This document shows positions 13,833 through 27,205 of a DNA stretch of 64,000 nucleotides, one piece after another (the first letter of the stretch is position 1; every line of letters begins with the position of its first letter). Location of the stretch: the NCBI GenBank assembly GCA_043228905.1, contig JBHGNT010000001.1:36456001-36520000 (forward strand). Reading direction: 5' to 3'. The DNA comes from Azolla caroliniana (taxonomy: Eukaryota > Plantae > Polypodiophyta). The position numbers were made by a program, and so were the translations under genes. The notes under the pieces were generated by a model. That model was given only the letters and a program-made list of their open reading frames with translations. It made no database searches and was not told the origin of the DNA.

Positions 13833-14432
13833 ATGAGCAATCAAGACTCTCTTTAGCCACATCGCCCCTTCTCGTGATACAAGTAATTCAGAAAACGACG
13901 ACATGATTGGATTATTTCTTAGTCACACTTCTTTAGTTGCATGTATTTAAATTCAACAAAAAGTGGAATGGCAATTTGGCCTCATAATATACATGAAACA
14001 AAATACTCAATACCAATGTTTCAATTCAACAAAAACTGGAAGGGCAATGGATTATTTCATTAATCACCACGTCTCACTAAAACAAATTACTCAGACCCCA
14101 GATTTTCACTTGACATTATCAAGAGTAATGTCGGAGGAGAGAATGGAGAACACGATGCAGCAAGAAATGCCATAAAATTCTAGTAGCATGAATCTCACAA
14201 TAGTTGCTTGGAAGGACAAGGTAGGTCATATTCTGTGCGCAAGAATGACTATCACTGTACATGGTGCTTTACAATGGTTTATCTTGCGAAATGGTTTGTG
14301 CCATTTTCATAATTAAGACTGGTTCATTATTGAGGATAAACCTCCAAATAAACCGTAATTAAAATATTAGGGTTTTGAGTGTTTAAGGTATGAGGACATT
14401 AGGTCGTAAGGGTTTAGACCACCAGTTGATCG

Positions 14433-16196
14433 TCAGTCGGTGAAGTTGTGTAGTGCCACTCCTGGAGATGAAGCATTGGGGGCAGGTTTCACATCCTTGG
14501 TAGGAGGTACGGTGTCCCATATCAATTCTGATGGTAATTTGGGTATCCCATAAAGCTTGAATCTATAGAACAAGGATGTCGGAAATTTGACATTCTTCAG
14601 TCTTACTGTACCATAAACCCCCATGAAAATGCCCGTCCCACCAGTGATAGCAAGAGTAGTGTCTTCATATTCAGCATATGGCCCCTGTTTCATAAAAATC
14701 CGAATACAAATCAGTAAAACAAATATGGACCAAACATGTTGGGGGGCTTTCAGCTGAATACCACTAAGTTTTCCAATTTTCCCCAAGCCCCAACTATCTA
14801 TCACTCTGTAGTAGTAAATATTTTGTACTACATAGTGGTATTCGAGGTATAGGTATTTTGTTCTACATTCGAACAAAGAGCGCATGGTATGTTAAATATC
14901 ATTATAAAAAAGCCTACCTGAACTGAGATATGCCCCAATTCCCCAAAGTAGAAACTATATGTAGCTTCATATAAGCATCCCCCCTTTTGCTGGTTGTATC
15001 GAATGACCATGCAAACTCCGGCTGTAATACCCAATCTCTTCTTTAAGGATCCATCAAAGAGCTGCATTGCCATACCAAAACATTAGCCAACCTACTTGTT
15101 ACACATGGGTACTCTCGCAATTTCGGTCAATACCCGAACAATTTATGTAAAGGGTACGTTTAGTTTGTTAGTTTGGTTGTTACCTTGTTTGTAAAAGCGA
15201 CTAACGTGCCAAGGCTGGCCACTGGCCTCAACCTCTGCATATCAAAACCAGGCTTATTAAAGGGTAGGAGCAGGGGGCTGTTTCGATCTTGCTCATTGAA
15301 TTCGTACACCGTCAATTCTTGGGGTTCTTTATCTGTAACACATAAAACAAAACAGAGTATATTTAGACACACTTTGACTAATGAGATGCATGCATGTAGT
15401 GTGCAATGAGCCATATATGAGAGAGAGATAAAAGTTGCATTTAATGAATGAGAGCTGTGTAATGAGTAGCATGTTTGGTTGTATGTATGGATAACAGTGG
15501 AGAAGAGATGGGCCTATTACCATCTTCTTGTGTCCCTAAAACACAAACTAAAAAGCCTTTCGATGAAAATGGATGCTACTACGAATTGCGTAACATGTTT
15601 TGTTATGAAATGGGAGAAGATATGGAGCACCTACCATCTCTTATCCTGCTACCCTCATCGATGGGATTGGGTTTGCCATCTATAGGACTGCTCATGGAGC
15701 TAGTTTTCCTAGTAATGTCGCTATTGATGGATGGCATTGCGACACTAGTGGCGATTGTAGGAGTGGAGCCCCGAGAGCTCAATCTCGGATGACCTTTGGG
15801 CATGGTGGTTGTCAGCACTAATCTTTTCCCATTGAAGTGAGAGCCTGACTGAAGGGATGAGCGTGGTAGAGGTGATGATGACCTGTGATGTAAAGAAAAA
15901 TGAAGAAGAAAGCAGATATATAAATATGTTAATTGGACTCCATCCAAGGCTTACATAGATTTTGATTCTGCACAGTAAAGGCTAAGAAAGAAAACTATCG
16001 AGGGATTCCTCTCGTTGGATATCAATTAGAAGAGTAAAAAACGAGTAAAAGAAGAATGGATGAATGAATGAATGAATGAATGAATGAATGGAGCAGAGAT
16101 CTAGAACACTTACAAGGGGATGAGGGAAGTTGAAGACGACGAAGAAGATTGTCTGAGAACAGAGGTGGAGGAGGCGAATGATGCTGATGCCGCCAT
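14433..16196 (-). CDS. AOC: Allene oxide cyclase (AOC) family protein with plastid transit peptide, copy 2 (291 aa)
   Basis: Exons 16196-16114, 15882-15635, 15332-15184, 15061-14918, 14684-14433 (876 nt). Same intron positions and phases as copy 1; catalytic region nearly identical. Confidence 0.95.
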
Positions 16197-19100
16197 AACC
16201 AGGTGTGATGATGTAGTAAGGAAGTGGGTGTGGAGAAAGGGTTTTTCTCTTGAATGATCCTGAAGGAGGAACACAGACACAGAGAGGGAGGGAGGGAAAG
16301 ATATATATATATAGATATAGATATAGATATATATATAGGTGAAGAGGAAAGTGGGAAGTGGGTTTAAAATTGAAGCTTTGATTGATTTTACAGAGATGGG
16401 AGTGAGGTGAGGGTAATAAGGAGTGATGTATATACATATAAAGGGAAAAAGTGGAGGTAGGCAGAGAGAGATGGGAGTTCTTTAATTTCATTGTTTCTCT
16501 TCTTCTTCTGAGGGGGGGAGGGAGGGAGGGGCCAGGGACCACGCGTAGTAAGTAGTACCGATGCAGACGAAGAGAACGCAGAAAGCAGAAAAGAGAAAGA
16601 AAAAGAGAAGAACAGAGAAATGCCACGTCTTCTTCTCTCATTACGCAGACGAAGAAAAAGCAGCAGACGCAGAAAGATGGAGAAGGGAAGAGAGAGAGGA
16701 GAGAAAAAAAAGGCCCACATCTTCTTCTGTCATTAATTTTCTTCTTCTTCTTTGTCCTCTACTCTACTCACTCTGCTTTCCTTTCCTTTCCTTTCATCGT
16801 TCGTGTGTGTGTGTGTGTGTGTGTGTGTGACGTGTGTGTGAGATATGTATGTATGTATATGGGTGTTTTGGTGGTCGGCTCAAGCCTATCCCAAAGGTAG
16901 TTGAAATTGCATACATACATGATACATACATACATGCTCACTTCTCGCGACAGAAACATAGGTTGCGTAATCACTTTCTCACACTGCTGGAAACTACGCC
17001 ACGATATCAACGTTGTTTCGGGTGGATCAAGTTTTCCTCACATGTAGCTTCCAAATAATCACACGTGGGCTCGTCTTGTTTCTGTTTCTGCAAGCTACGA
17101 AAGATAGGGTTTCGCTGTCTACGCCCAAAAGAACATTCTCTTGTCTTACTTGTTACCCACATTTCATGTTTTCATCCCCATTAAATGTATCAAACTTAGG
17201 ATGGCACAAGCCTTTTCCATTCTTCTCATAGATTTTGTAATTTATGATGTACTAGTTTCATGTAGGAGAAAGGTAATCCCTTTTTTTGAGATTACAAACA
17301 CATTGTACGACTCAAGCTATAAAAACTACATAAAGACCAATCAAACGTCTTGTACTATGTAGTTTCTTGTAGGAGAAAGGTAGTCTCTCAAAATTGGTCA
17401 TCCAACTTGTAATTTGAGGTAGAACCCCTCTTGTATTTATCCTTATAAAAGAAATGTCATTTGGTATTTTGAATGCCACATGGGAAGTGAACACAATTTG
17501 TGTGTGCCTTGGGGGTAATTTAGCTAAGCGTATACGTGGATGATGTGTGTACTATGGCCCTTCTTAGCCATAAGTATATCCATTCCAACCAAAATTTCAA
17601 AGTAAATGGATATTAACATATTGATGTTCTCTTCTTTGAAGGTTTCTGGTCCACAAATGTTATGGCATTTCTTCAAAAAAGTGCAACACATTTGGTTCAT
17701 GTTTGTGTCGGTGTAGCAAAGTTGATTGCATGTGATTGCACATTACTTTAAAAAACATGATCAAACTTTATGCGTAATGACAATTTAAAATGTAAACCTT
17801 AAGAAGGAATCCAATTTTGATACTCGGATATTGAATAATATGTCAAGGTTCTCTTCTTTAAAGGTTTCTAGTCAACGGGTGTTGTGGCAATATCTTCAAA
17901 AAATGGTGTTTTGTGTTTATTGAGTTCACATGATTGCACAACAATGATATAAAACTGAGTTTCATGCATAGTGAGATTTAAAATTTTGTCCTAAGAAAGA
18001 ATCCAATTTTGATACTTGTGAGAGTGCCATAAATTTTATTAACAATCAACTTACCTGTAGTCAAAATAAACTTTGGAAGGCATGTTTCTCGTATGGAAAT
18101 TGACGGGCTTGGCTCGTGTATGGAAAGGGGTATGAAGATCAGCAAGCATTTAGTAATAGAAGTTCAATTCATGAAGTAACAACCAAGGGCATATGTGTCG
18201 ATATGCACATTAGGAGTTGTATGCATTGATTAAATGTTCGAATGTTATATATCAATTTGTGACGTCAATATGCATGTCAAGATTTGTATACTACTGAAGG
18301 CTATTGGATCTCAAACCAAGGCAATCGAATTTTTTTTTGGTGAGAAACAAAAAATAACTTTTCAAAGAAGATGAGGATGGCTTCTAAAGTTTGACACCTA
18401 CGCATATTTAAATTGTGTTACATGAGCTTTAAATGACTTACTCGAACCAATTTTGTCATAATGCCAATTTTCTAGGAAAGTCAACTCCACTTTCGGACAA
18501 ATTGTTTTGGAGACAAAAATAAACTCTCGAGGTTGACTTTTTCTTTACTATGCAACGAGGTCTACACGTTGTTTTGGTCAAGGAGAACAGCCTTATTCCC
18601 GATGGAATTCATTTCTCTATGTTAGAGATGCCAAGCTGAGTTGACACTTAAGAATCTAGATTATATATATTGGGCTCTAAAGGTAAGAACCTAAAGAATA
18701 AAAAAGAAAACCTATTCAAGTCGGGCTTCAACATTTTACATACGTTTACTCAAAACATTTAGGCATTGACTCGTGTTTCCTCGGACATGGAGACATTTGT
18801 GTGACCCACCTTCTTGGTGGAATACTACCATTAGCTATGAAAATCAAAGTAGCAACATATAGGTGTGATCTGACTCGTTTGATCCCCTGATCTTCAGCCT
18901 TTCACTGTCAAGTTTCAACGTTATCTTTCTCTCTCTCTCAAGAAAAACAAACAGCTCAATTCCAATGTTTGAGATTGTCACCTACAAGCCGTGTTTTGTT
19001 CTCTCATTAATTGGTTGGAAAAACAATGCAATTCATGTTTTGTAATCCCATTAATAAGCTCTTAGAGGGTAGTACAATAGAATTTCCCAAGAGCTCCTCA

Positions 19101-19449
19101 TACTCACCTTCTAAGCTCTTCTTATCCTTCTTCTTCTTGGCCTCTCCATCAGCGCTTCTTCTGAGTACATGCATTAAACCACCGACATTTTTGGACATCA
19201 CCAACCACCTGTGTCACTAGCCACGTATTGTTAAGTTTTTTTGGTGATCTTTTGTCTTATTGACTATTGACTTTGTGACCCAATTTGATGCTCCTATGTA
19301 GGAATTGGAATTGGATCGATCACTTTTCTTCATACCTTGTCTCACACCACCATAATTAATTTTTCCCAATGCCTATTTTCCTACCAAGCGAGTGATCAAT
19401 CTAGCCAGGCAATTGACAATTGTGTGATTCTTTCATCAAGCATACAAGG

Positions 19450-20400
19450 TCCCAAAATGAGGCATATGGCTATTAAAATTTTTATGAAAAGAGATCCACA
19501 TGTATGACCATGAGAATGCCTCATGTTTCTTATCGTTCCACAAATTTAAGTCAACATTAATGCCTTTATAAATTATGGTAGTGTATGATGATGAGCATTT
19601 GCTTTGTTACTGGGTACACTTGTACCCAACTTGAACTTTTTTTTATCAAACTTAAGTAAGGATGAAGGTATACAGAGTGGTGGAGCTTATGTAGCATACA
19701 ACACATAGATAACATTCATGTACTCCTTGGTGTTGGCCAAAAGTTTTTTCTTAGCATATGCCATCACGTTTATCAAAAATTTCTATCATGGGATGTGTGC
19801 TCACTATGCACATGTTTGTGTGAGTAACACAAGACAATTTTTCTGACAGCATGTCAATTGAATGATGTCATATATGATATGTTTGCAAGTATATTTGTAA
19901 GCAACAAGGCTTTACTAGTGAAGATGCCTTGAATGTGGAGACTATGACAATGTCCCATCAAAGATGTAACACTTCACGAGAAGAAAAATGAATATTGCTT
20001 GAGACATGTTGAGTCATTTGATGCATTGCCATGTAAACTCTTACTTGAAGTTAATGGCAATTACCTCTCATATGACCAATTCCAACTAATGGTTTGCATA
20101 ATAATTGATCTTGACACATACATTTTGAATAATCGAGGTATCATATGGCAAAGGCTTGTAATGCAAATGCAAGCAAGTAATTGAAGGTCTGTTTATACAC
20201 GAGCATAGAAATGCAATTATACTGTGCCAAAACTATTTGTTAAATGCTACAAGAGTTGTAACATGTACATTGACATATGCTCAAGAAAAACTTCTTTGAG
20301 TCTCCATGGCAACAAAAACTGAAGAATGTGGGCATCGCTGGCACAAAAAGGCACATGCATTTCCCAATGATCTGTAATTACCCTCCTTTGGCTGATCCAC
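19450..20400 (+). mobile_element. Possible decayed MULE-type transposase remnant
   Basis: Near 19560-19620 the reading PL*IMVVYDDEHLLCYWVH loosely resembles the MULE 'PLYTLMVFD....PVAW' segment. Many stops. Confidence 0.25.
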
Positions 20401-20928
20401 TTTCTACAACCAGGAAAGAATGCATTCCACTTCGATCACCTCCACTTTCAAGCAGGCACTTGGGAAAGCATTGGGTTGGGAAGGTCTTAAAAACGAACTG
20501 CATTACATCAACTAGGTGAATGCACTTGTTTGAGATGGTCTAACTGTTGAATTTTATATTCAATCTTGGGAAGATTTAAAATCCTCCATTCTTAGCTCAT
20601 AATATGCCTGGCAACACATTACCAATTTCGCCAAGAGAAGGATTGCTTAAACTCAAATCCCAAAATGGCCATGTGTGAATCTCTAGTAGATTGGCAACAC
20701 ATCTATATGTTAACCATGAACAATTATTGTGATTCTCTTTGCATGCTTGCTATACATATATGATATCCATAGCATCTCTGCACTCTCTTCTTTGAATGTT
20801 TGAAGTTTATTGAATATAGGAGATATCTAGATCTTATCATATATCCGTTTATTGTAGGTTTTCACTTCATCATGAGGTTTCCCACGTTCACTGTAATGTG
20901 TTACAGAAAATCAACGTGGAGCCAGGAT

Positions 20929-21045
20929 GGATGTAGCTTGTTTGCTAAGGTTCCCCTCTAGCAGAGATTGTCAGGTCATGCATTTAACCCATACATTCCA
21001 CAGTGACATCTAGTAAATTAGTGCAATTACATTTGAACCCAGAGG
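20929..21045 (+). mobile_element. Putative tRNA-derived SINE fragment (copy A)
   Basis: tRNA-like head GGATGTAGCTTGTTTGCTAAGG with a degenerate B-box, followed by body motif catctagtaaattagtgcaat shared with 40721-40840. Confidence 0.45.
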
Positions 21046-21453
21046 ACAAGCTACTTAAACTACAACTTAATAGACAATAAGTTACCGGCAGAGAGATTCA
21101 CCTAATTACTATGAAGCCCAACCTGTATGAAGAGTTTATGCCACATCATGAACATGATCCCATGAACAAAATCCCTCAGACATGGCAATGAAGCAGAGGC
21201 CTTGAGATTACTACTTAATAGGGGAGGGGAGAATCAACGGAGAGAAGAACAGACGATCCAATCATCAATGTTGAAATTTTCCAATGAGATCGATCGAAGG
21301 AGTTCAAGGACTTATTAGTCCAATTAACTATATGCATAAGATCTTCATATAGGAGGATGTGTCAAAGTGCTAGTAAAGTAACACGGACATTGAATAAAGC
21401 TACCAATGATCCAATTCGCCATATATTCACAACACCCCAATTTCGAGCCATTG

Positions 21454-23603
21454 TCAGTTATATTTTGAACTCTTAAGGACACCAATATAAGGTAGATTTC
21501 GATATCGTTCTGCAAAATCCATTCCATACCCCACTATGAATTCATCAGGGCACTACACAATAAAGAGAATAGAGAATAGTTATTGTTAGCTTTATACAAG
21601 TAAACCCTTCTAAATGGAACTTCAAATTCAGATTCTCCTTTAAATTGTTGTAGAAGCTGTGGGGGTTTTTGTTTATTACTAATGAGAAATAGTTACAACT
21701 TGCCATTGAAAAAGTATATCACATGAATGGTAGAATATGTAGTCTGAATGTTAAGATATTCTGTTCTTACTCATGAAAAATGGTTGCAATAAAAAAAGTG
21801 ATCATATTTGCACATTAAAGATGCTAGTTTTAGCCTCGATATAGAATAGAACACAATCAGACTTTAAACAATATAACACAATCAGACTTTTCACATGCAA
21901 AACCAATTTACAACTCAAGGCATGAATTACAATCATCGAAAAGTTAATAGACATTCCAAGATTTTTGTGAATTAAAACATCAAAAGAGATCAAGATCCTT
22001 ACCTCAAAGCCCCTATAAAATTTTCCACCAGAGGGGAGTTCCAGTGGCACGATTCGGCGCGCAGTCTTGTCAAGAAATGCACAAACTGATACAGATAAAG
22101 CCCCTTTTCCCCTTAAATATGGCACCAATCGTGCTAATGTCGTCCCTGTATCAATTATATCCTCCACCTATTCCATATTATGGATAAAATAAACAGGTCA
22201 GAAGTCATGAAATTTACTTGTATTCACTCAAAAGTTCCAACACACTAAATTCAAAAGACTAGTCCAATTGGAAAGATAAAAAAGACACTCAAAAGTAATG
22301 AGCAAAAAAATGCCAGTTATGCAAGTTCTGTAGAATAGCAGTTTTTGATATTGTTTTCATTTTGTTTCAATTTCGGGAAAGCACACTCAGAAAAATTTAT
22401 GTTTAAAACATCTCTGAACTACAAGCAATATCTGTGTGCTGCTATATATTGCAAAAAATATGGATGTGTTATATATACACATATATAGATAGAGAGATAT
22501 AGATAGGTAGATAGATATCCACATATTGATACCAGTCCAACATTATAAGCATTTCCTCTTCTAAGGATGCAAAAGTTCTTGCATTATTACCACAAGTACA
22601 TGTTTGTCGCTGATGGCCATTTGGATTTCATCACAGAGGACTGCGACACCACTAGATTCCGTCCGATTTCCATAGGACCGAATACGAATGAACTCGATGG
22701 AAACAGGAAGTGTGATCTTGCGCACAAGGTCTGCCACAAACATGAATGCACCAGTTGCAACCTGATAGGAGACAAACATTATATATCTCTTTCTTTTTGT
22801 AATTCTAACTCTCTTTCTTTTCTGTTGTAGACACTAGATGTATGAGTTTGTCTCATGAGTCTTCTTTGGCCCTTCCACAAAATCTCTCTCTCTCCCTCAT
22901 GCGTACTCTTGATTGCGACATTCATTAGTAAAGTTCTTGAACATTCAAAGTCACTACTCACTTTCACATGTATTATGTGAAAATATTATATTTTTTGTCT
23001 CATAGGTATCCAAAGAGAATAACAAAATCTCTCTCTGAGACTACCAGATGCCTTGTGTTCAAAGCCTTACTTTCACACATTTTGTTGCATCATATATCAC
23101 TTCCTCTAAACTATATGCCACATCCATGTATTGAACTAACAAATTCATGGCCTCTAAACGGTTAATACAGCCAATGGATTGATCAGAAATGCCTGGCCAT
23201 GGACGTCAATATATCATCATCTTTCTGAGATTTAACTAGCTCAAGCATCCGGGTACAAAATCCCAGTATGTGCACTACTAGCACAAGATTTACTAGGTGC
23301 TATTGCCCAATGTAGGGCATGAGTGCACAATCCATTCATCTCCGCAAGAAATCCTCGCCTCTCTCTCTCTCTTTCTCTCTCTCGTCGTTCTGTCTATGTG
23401 TCTCGGTGCCTCTCTCTCTCTGTGAGTGGACTTACCCCAAGAACGAGGAGAGGGAGCGACTGAGCGAAGTCGCGAGAGATGAGGATTCCGAGTTCTTCAA
23501 CACGCGCCTGTATCTGAGAGGAGCTCCATATCACCTTCTGCAAATCCTCCTCGTCATAGTTTCCTTTCTCTTCTTCGCCGTCTTCGTTCTCAACGTTCGC
23601 CAT
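21454..23603 (-). CDS. HGPT: Hypoxanthine-guanine phosphoribosyltransferase (200 aa)
   Basis: Exons 23603-23436, 22761-22591, 22167-22003, 21552-21454 (603 nt). Motifs [20 protein letters not shown]-binding loop [41 protein letters not shown]. Confidence 0.97.
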
Positions 23604-23784
23604 AGCTCCGCGCCCGTCTTCCTCTTCCTTCCTTTCAAGCCTGTCGGTATTAAACAACTCAAGTTACCCCCAACTAACTATAAATATATATACGTATGTA
23701 CATATATCGAGAGAATATGTATACATATATGTATATCCATTCTCTCTATATACATACGTATATACATATATGTATGTATCAGTA

Positions 23785-23820
<36 letters not shown>

Positions 23821-24869
23821 GAATAAAGATATATACTTAGATATAAGATTGATCGTGCGAGCCATCATCATGGGGGGAAGGCCTCCATTAGCAAGCATCA
23901 CCCTGGCTACCTTTTTGTTGTTGACCTAGATCTATGCTAGATTAAGCTATTGGCTCCCCATGTCACAGAGTCCATCTAATAGGTTCCTAGCATGGACTCT
24001 AGTTGTTTGATTTGTTTGTTCGGTTTGGCGCATTGATTTATTTCTTTTTGTAGGAATATGTGGGTGGTTTCTACATACATTGGAGGACCAATGTGTTTCT
24101 CGACAAACACGATAATGGGTGATGATTGACTCATCATAGGAAGGGGGGAAAAAAGAAAGAGAAAATAGATAAGCATGATAGCTTAAGCTTGCAAGGGTAT
24201 ATTGCAAGGACCAACACATTTCTATGTGGACACGACAAATTTCTACTTTTGGCATGGTAGTATTGTTGTAACCAATGTAGACACTCACTAGTTTAGGCTT
24301 CTGAGAGTGCACAATAATAGAGGTGTCGGGACAGTAGAGAGTAAAGGGCTGATATTTTTCTAGCCTAGCATCTACAAAAAGTGTGCCCCGAGGTTTTACA
24401 TCCAACACCCAACCAAACACTCGAAAACCTTTAAAAGGGAACCATGGTCGATTGATTATTCATAGAAACCATTTTCTAGATCCCTCTTCGATAAAGAAAT
24501 AAAAACTCGATTTGTTTCTGAAATGTGCCAAGATTGGGGCCACCTTTGTTGCATTGCTTAAGAAAGGAAACAACATTGTATTTTGATGCACCTTTTTCTC
24601 GGCTTCCGAAACAAATAAGAGTGGGGGTGAATCAAGCATACAAATTGCTTGTAATCGTTGGCTCTCTTGGGATAGGGATTGGCGAAGGGCATATTGGGGG
24701 AATACAAAGAACTATGGGGACGGGGAGGGCATTCGGGGAAATAAAGGAAAATATTCTCTCCTCATGCACTCTCTCGATGAAACGTGGCTTTTTATCTATA
24801 ACCCAATTATGTACGAAGAAACATGAACGTGGATAAAAATATATTCAATTCTAAAAGCTACGACTCCTA

Positions 24870-25100
24870 GAGGGAGAGAGCGAGCGAGAGATAGAGAGAT
24901 TAGCACTAATCACAAGAGAGGGAAGGCGAGATTAGCAGTATCCATAGGGATTAGCACCCATCATGGCAGAGATTAGCACTGCCTGAGAAGGAGACCGAGC
25001 ACTCATCGAGGGCGTGATTATCGCTAATCAAGAGAGACAGAGCGGACACAAATTAGCACTGATCGCTTTTTCATTAATCACAAATACCTAATTAGTACAG
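24870..25100. repeat. Cluster of short GATTAGCAC(T)-like repeats, resembling a transposon subterminal array
   Basis: About 6-7 copies or variants of gattagcact within 230 bp; a related motif occurs at about 44805-44860. Confidence 0.55.
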
Positions 25101-25151
25101 TTCATTTCAGGAGTGGGTGAAACCTTAGACCCATTTTCGTCAAGTAAAATT

Positions 25152-25601
25152 ATGGATAAACGCGTTCTGTATGATCCCCATTACCACTATCACAGCCGCC
25201 ACCCATCGTCATTCAGTAACGGATCTCTTCATCGTCCTTCGTCTAATCACACGAGGAATTATCCTCCTAGATCAGACGAAATTCTTCAGTCCACATCAGC
25301 GCCTATACCTGGCCGTAAGAACGGAGATCATGGACTCTTATTATTCCGTGGTAGTGATTGTTATCATTATGACGATGATTTTAGTGTGTATGAGCATCTC
25401 CATGTCCTGAATCCAATAAACTGTGGAATCATGATCATGGGTTCGCCCGATCATCACAATAACGGCAATGAAATTGATCATCGTCATCAGTGTCATAACG
25501 ACAATGGCAATAGCAATGGTGATATGCACCATTCAATCAATGCCAGTGATACGAACAAGGTTGAGTACACTACAGTCGCGGCCAATTATGCGTATCAATG
25601 A
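25152..25601 (+). CDS. Hypothetical intronless His/Asn/Asp-rich protein (149 aa)
   Basis: Open frame from ATG 25152 to TGA 25601 (MDKRVLYDPHYHYHSRH...AANYAYQ), followed by AT-rich sequence. No recognised domain. Confidence 0.35.
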   Translation: MDKRVLYDPHYHYHSRHPSSFSNGSLHRPSSNHTRNYPPRSDEILQSTSAPIPGRKNGDHGLLLFRGSDCYHYDDDFSVYEHLHVLNPINCGIMIMGSPDHHNNGNEIDHRHQCHNDNGNSNGDMHHSINASDTNKVEYTTVAANYAYQ

Positions 25602-26518
25602 ATCGACCAATATAAATCATAGTCAATAATTACCAATTTAAAAATTCATAATGCATTATTAATAATTGGATTCCGTTCTTTTTTTTAACTAAATTTTCAT
25701 CTGAATTTATTCCTTGTAATAAAATCTCTAATGTGTAACTAGTTCACAGCTAATTACACATTAAATTTGAAAGCTGTAAAGACAACTTCAATGGAAAAAC
25801 AGACCAAACTAATTTTCCAATTTATTATTACATCTTGTACATCTATATACCAAAATGATGCTATCCAATCTGACATTATCAATGCATACTTGTACACAAA
25901 CATGGTGTTACTTTACTTGACATAATGAACATATATATTTTGGCAAGCATACAATGTTAAGGAGATTTCTTGTAACCCATATGTAAGGGCATGCATGTTT
26001 TCCTAACTACTTTCACACGGAGTAGTCCAAGAAAAATATAAATTGATTATTAAAACATCCATTGATTCCATTTTTCGTGATTAACAGTTTGATCCTGAGA
26101 GAAATGAATCATCGTGTTAGCACTTCATAAATGTAGAACACACTTCAGCACTTCAAAACCTGCTACAAATCTCATGCGTGTAACAGTAAATAGGGTTGTC
26201 TCATCAATCAAGGATAGCAGTTACAAATCCTTGCCTAGGAGAACCATTTTTGTGTATTCATATGTAAAAAATATAATCAATGAGTTAGTTTAAAGATCCT
26301 CATGGTTGCACCATAAACTATCAAAAAAGGAACATTTGGCTTGTCCAAGGAACCACTTTAAAGCTATGGAACAGATCTAGAAATTCCACAACTCTCTGAT
26401 GTTACAAGAGATTTGACGGTTGTGAATAGTTGAAATCATAGAATGCCTAGATGAATATGAGAATTTGATGTTCGTTTTGGATACTAAGATTGATCATGGA
26501 CAAATGAATGGTTTACTT

Positions 26519-26692
26519 GGGCAAGGTGAAAAATCTAGAATACATTTAAGTTTCATTTATTTCCCCAAATGCCGCTAAGTTCTCATTATTTCTGCAGACG
26601 CCCTTGAGCAAGGTAAAAATTCTAGAATACCTCTTGAGTTTCATTCATTTCCTCAAATGCCACTAAGTTCTCATTATTTCTGCAGACACCCT
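26519..26692. repeat. Tandem duplication of an ~87-bp unit
   Basis: g.gcaaggt.aaaa.tctagaatac...ctaagttctcattatttctgcagac.ccct occurs twice in tandem. Confidence 0.9.
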
Positions 26693-27205
26693 AGGTCAAC
26701 CCCATCTCAGGCAGTTATATGAATAATCATATGGACAATTCATCCCCTTTCTTCTCCTTTTTGGAGGTTTGAGTAGGGAAATTTGGAACCTAAAGAAAAA
26801 CACATCTTTCTGGGTTTTTCCAAAAAAATTGACACAGAAATTTTCCCTACCACAAAGCCAAAACAACAAACTCTTAACCATTGCCAATATAGACACCACT
26901 GCATAAAAGAAATTTCATATTAAGAATGAAGAAGTTCTCAGAGATGGTTCAATTCCCTCGCCTAGCTTAAAAAGAATGAATAATTATACATAAACTCAAA
27001 ACAAAACGATATTTTTCGGTTTTTCTCACATTCAGCAAAATAAGCTATATGCTGAAAAGGTCTGATCGCCACCTCGTCCAAAAATATTTGATCAAAGAGA
27101 GGATCTTATATATTGAACTGTACAAAATCATGAGATAACTTCCTGAAGTAATGAAAATCCCTTTATATTCGTTTTGTATCTGGTCTTCAAAACTCGAACA
27201 ATTCA

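Noticed and set aside
15982-16830. 219-aa and overlapping ORFs upstream of AOC copy 2
   Set aside because: Low-complexity CT/GA-rich promoter and UTR sequence; the real exon 1 is in another frame.
24870-25100. CRISPR-like repeat-spacer appearance
   Set aside because: Repeats are about 9-10 bp, variable and irregularly spaced; eukaryotic context; no cas genes.
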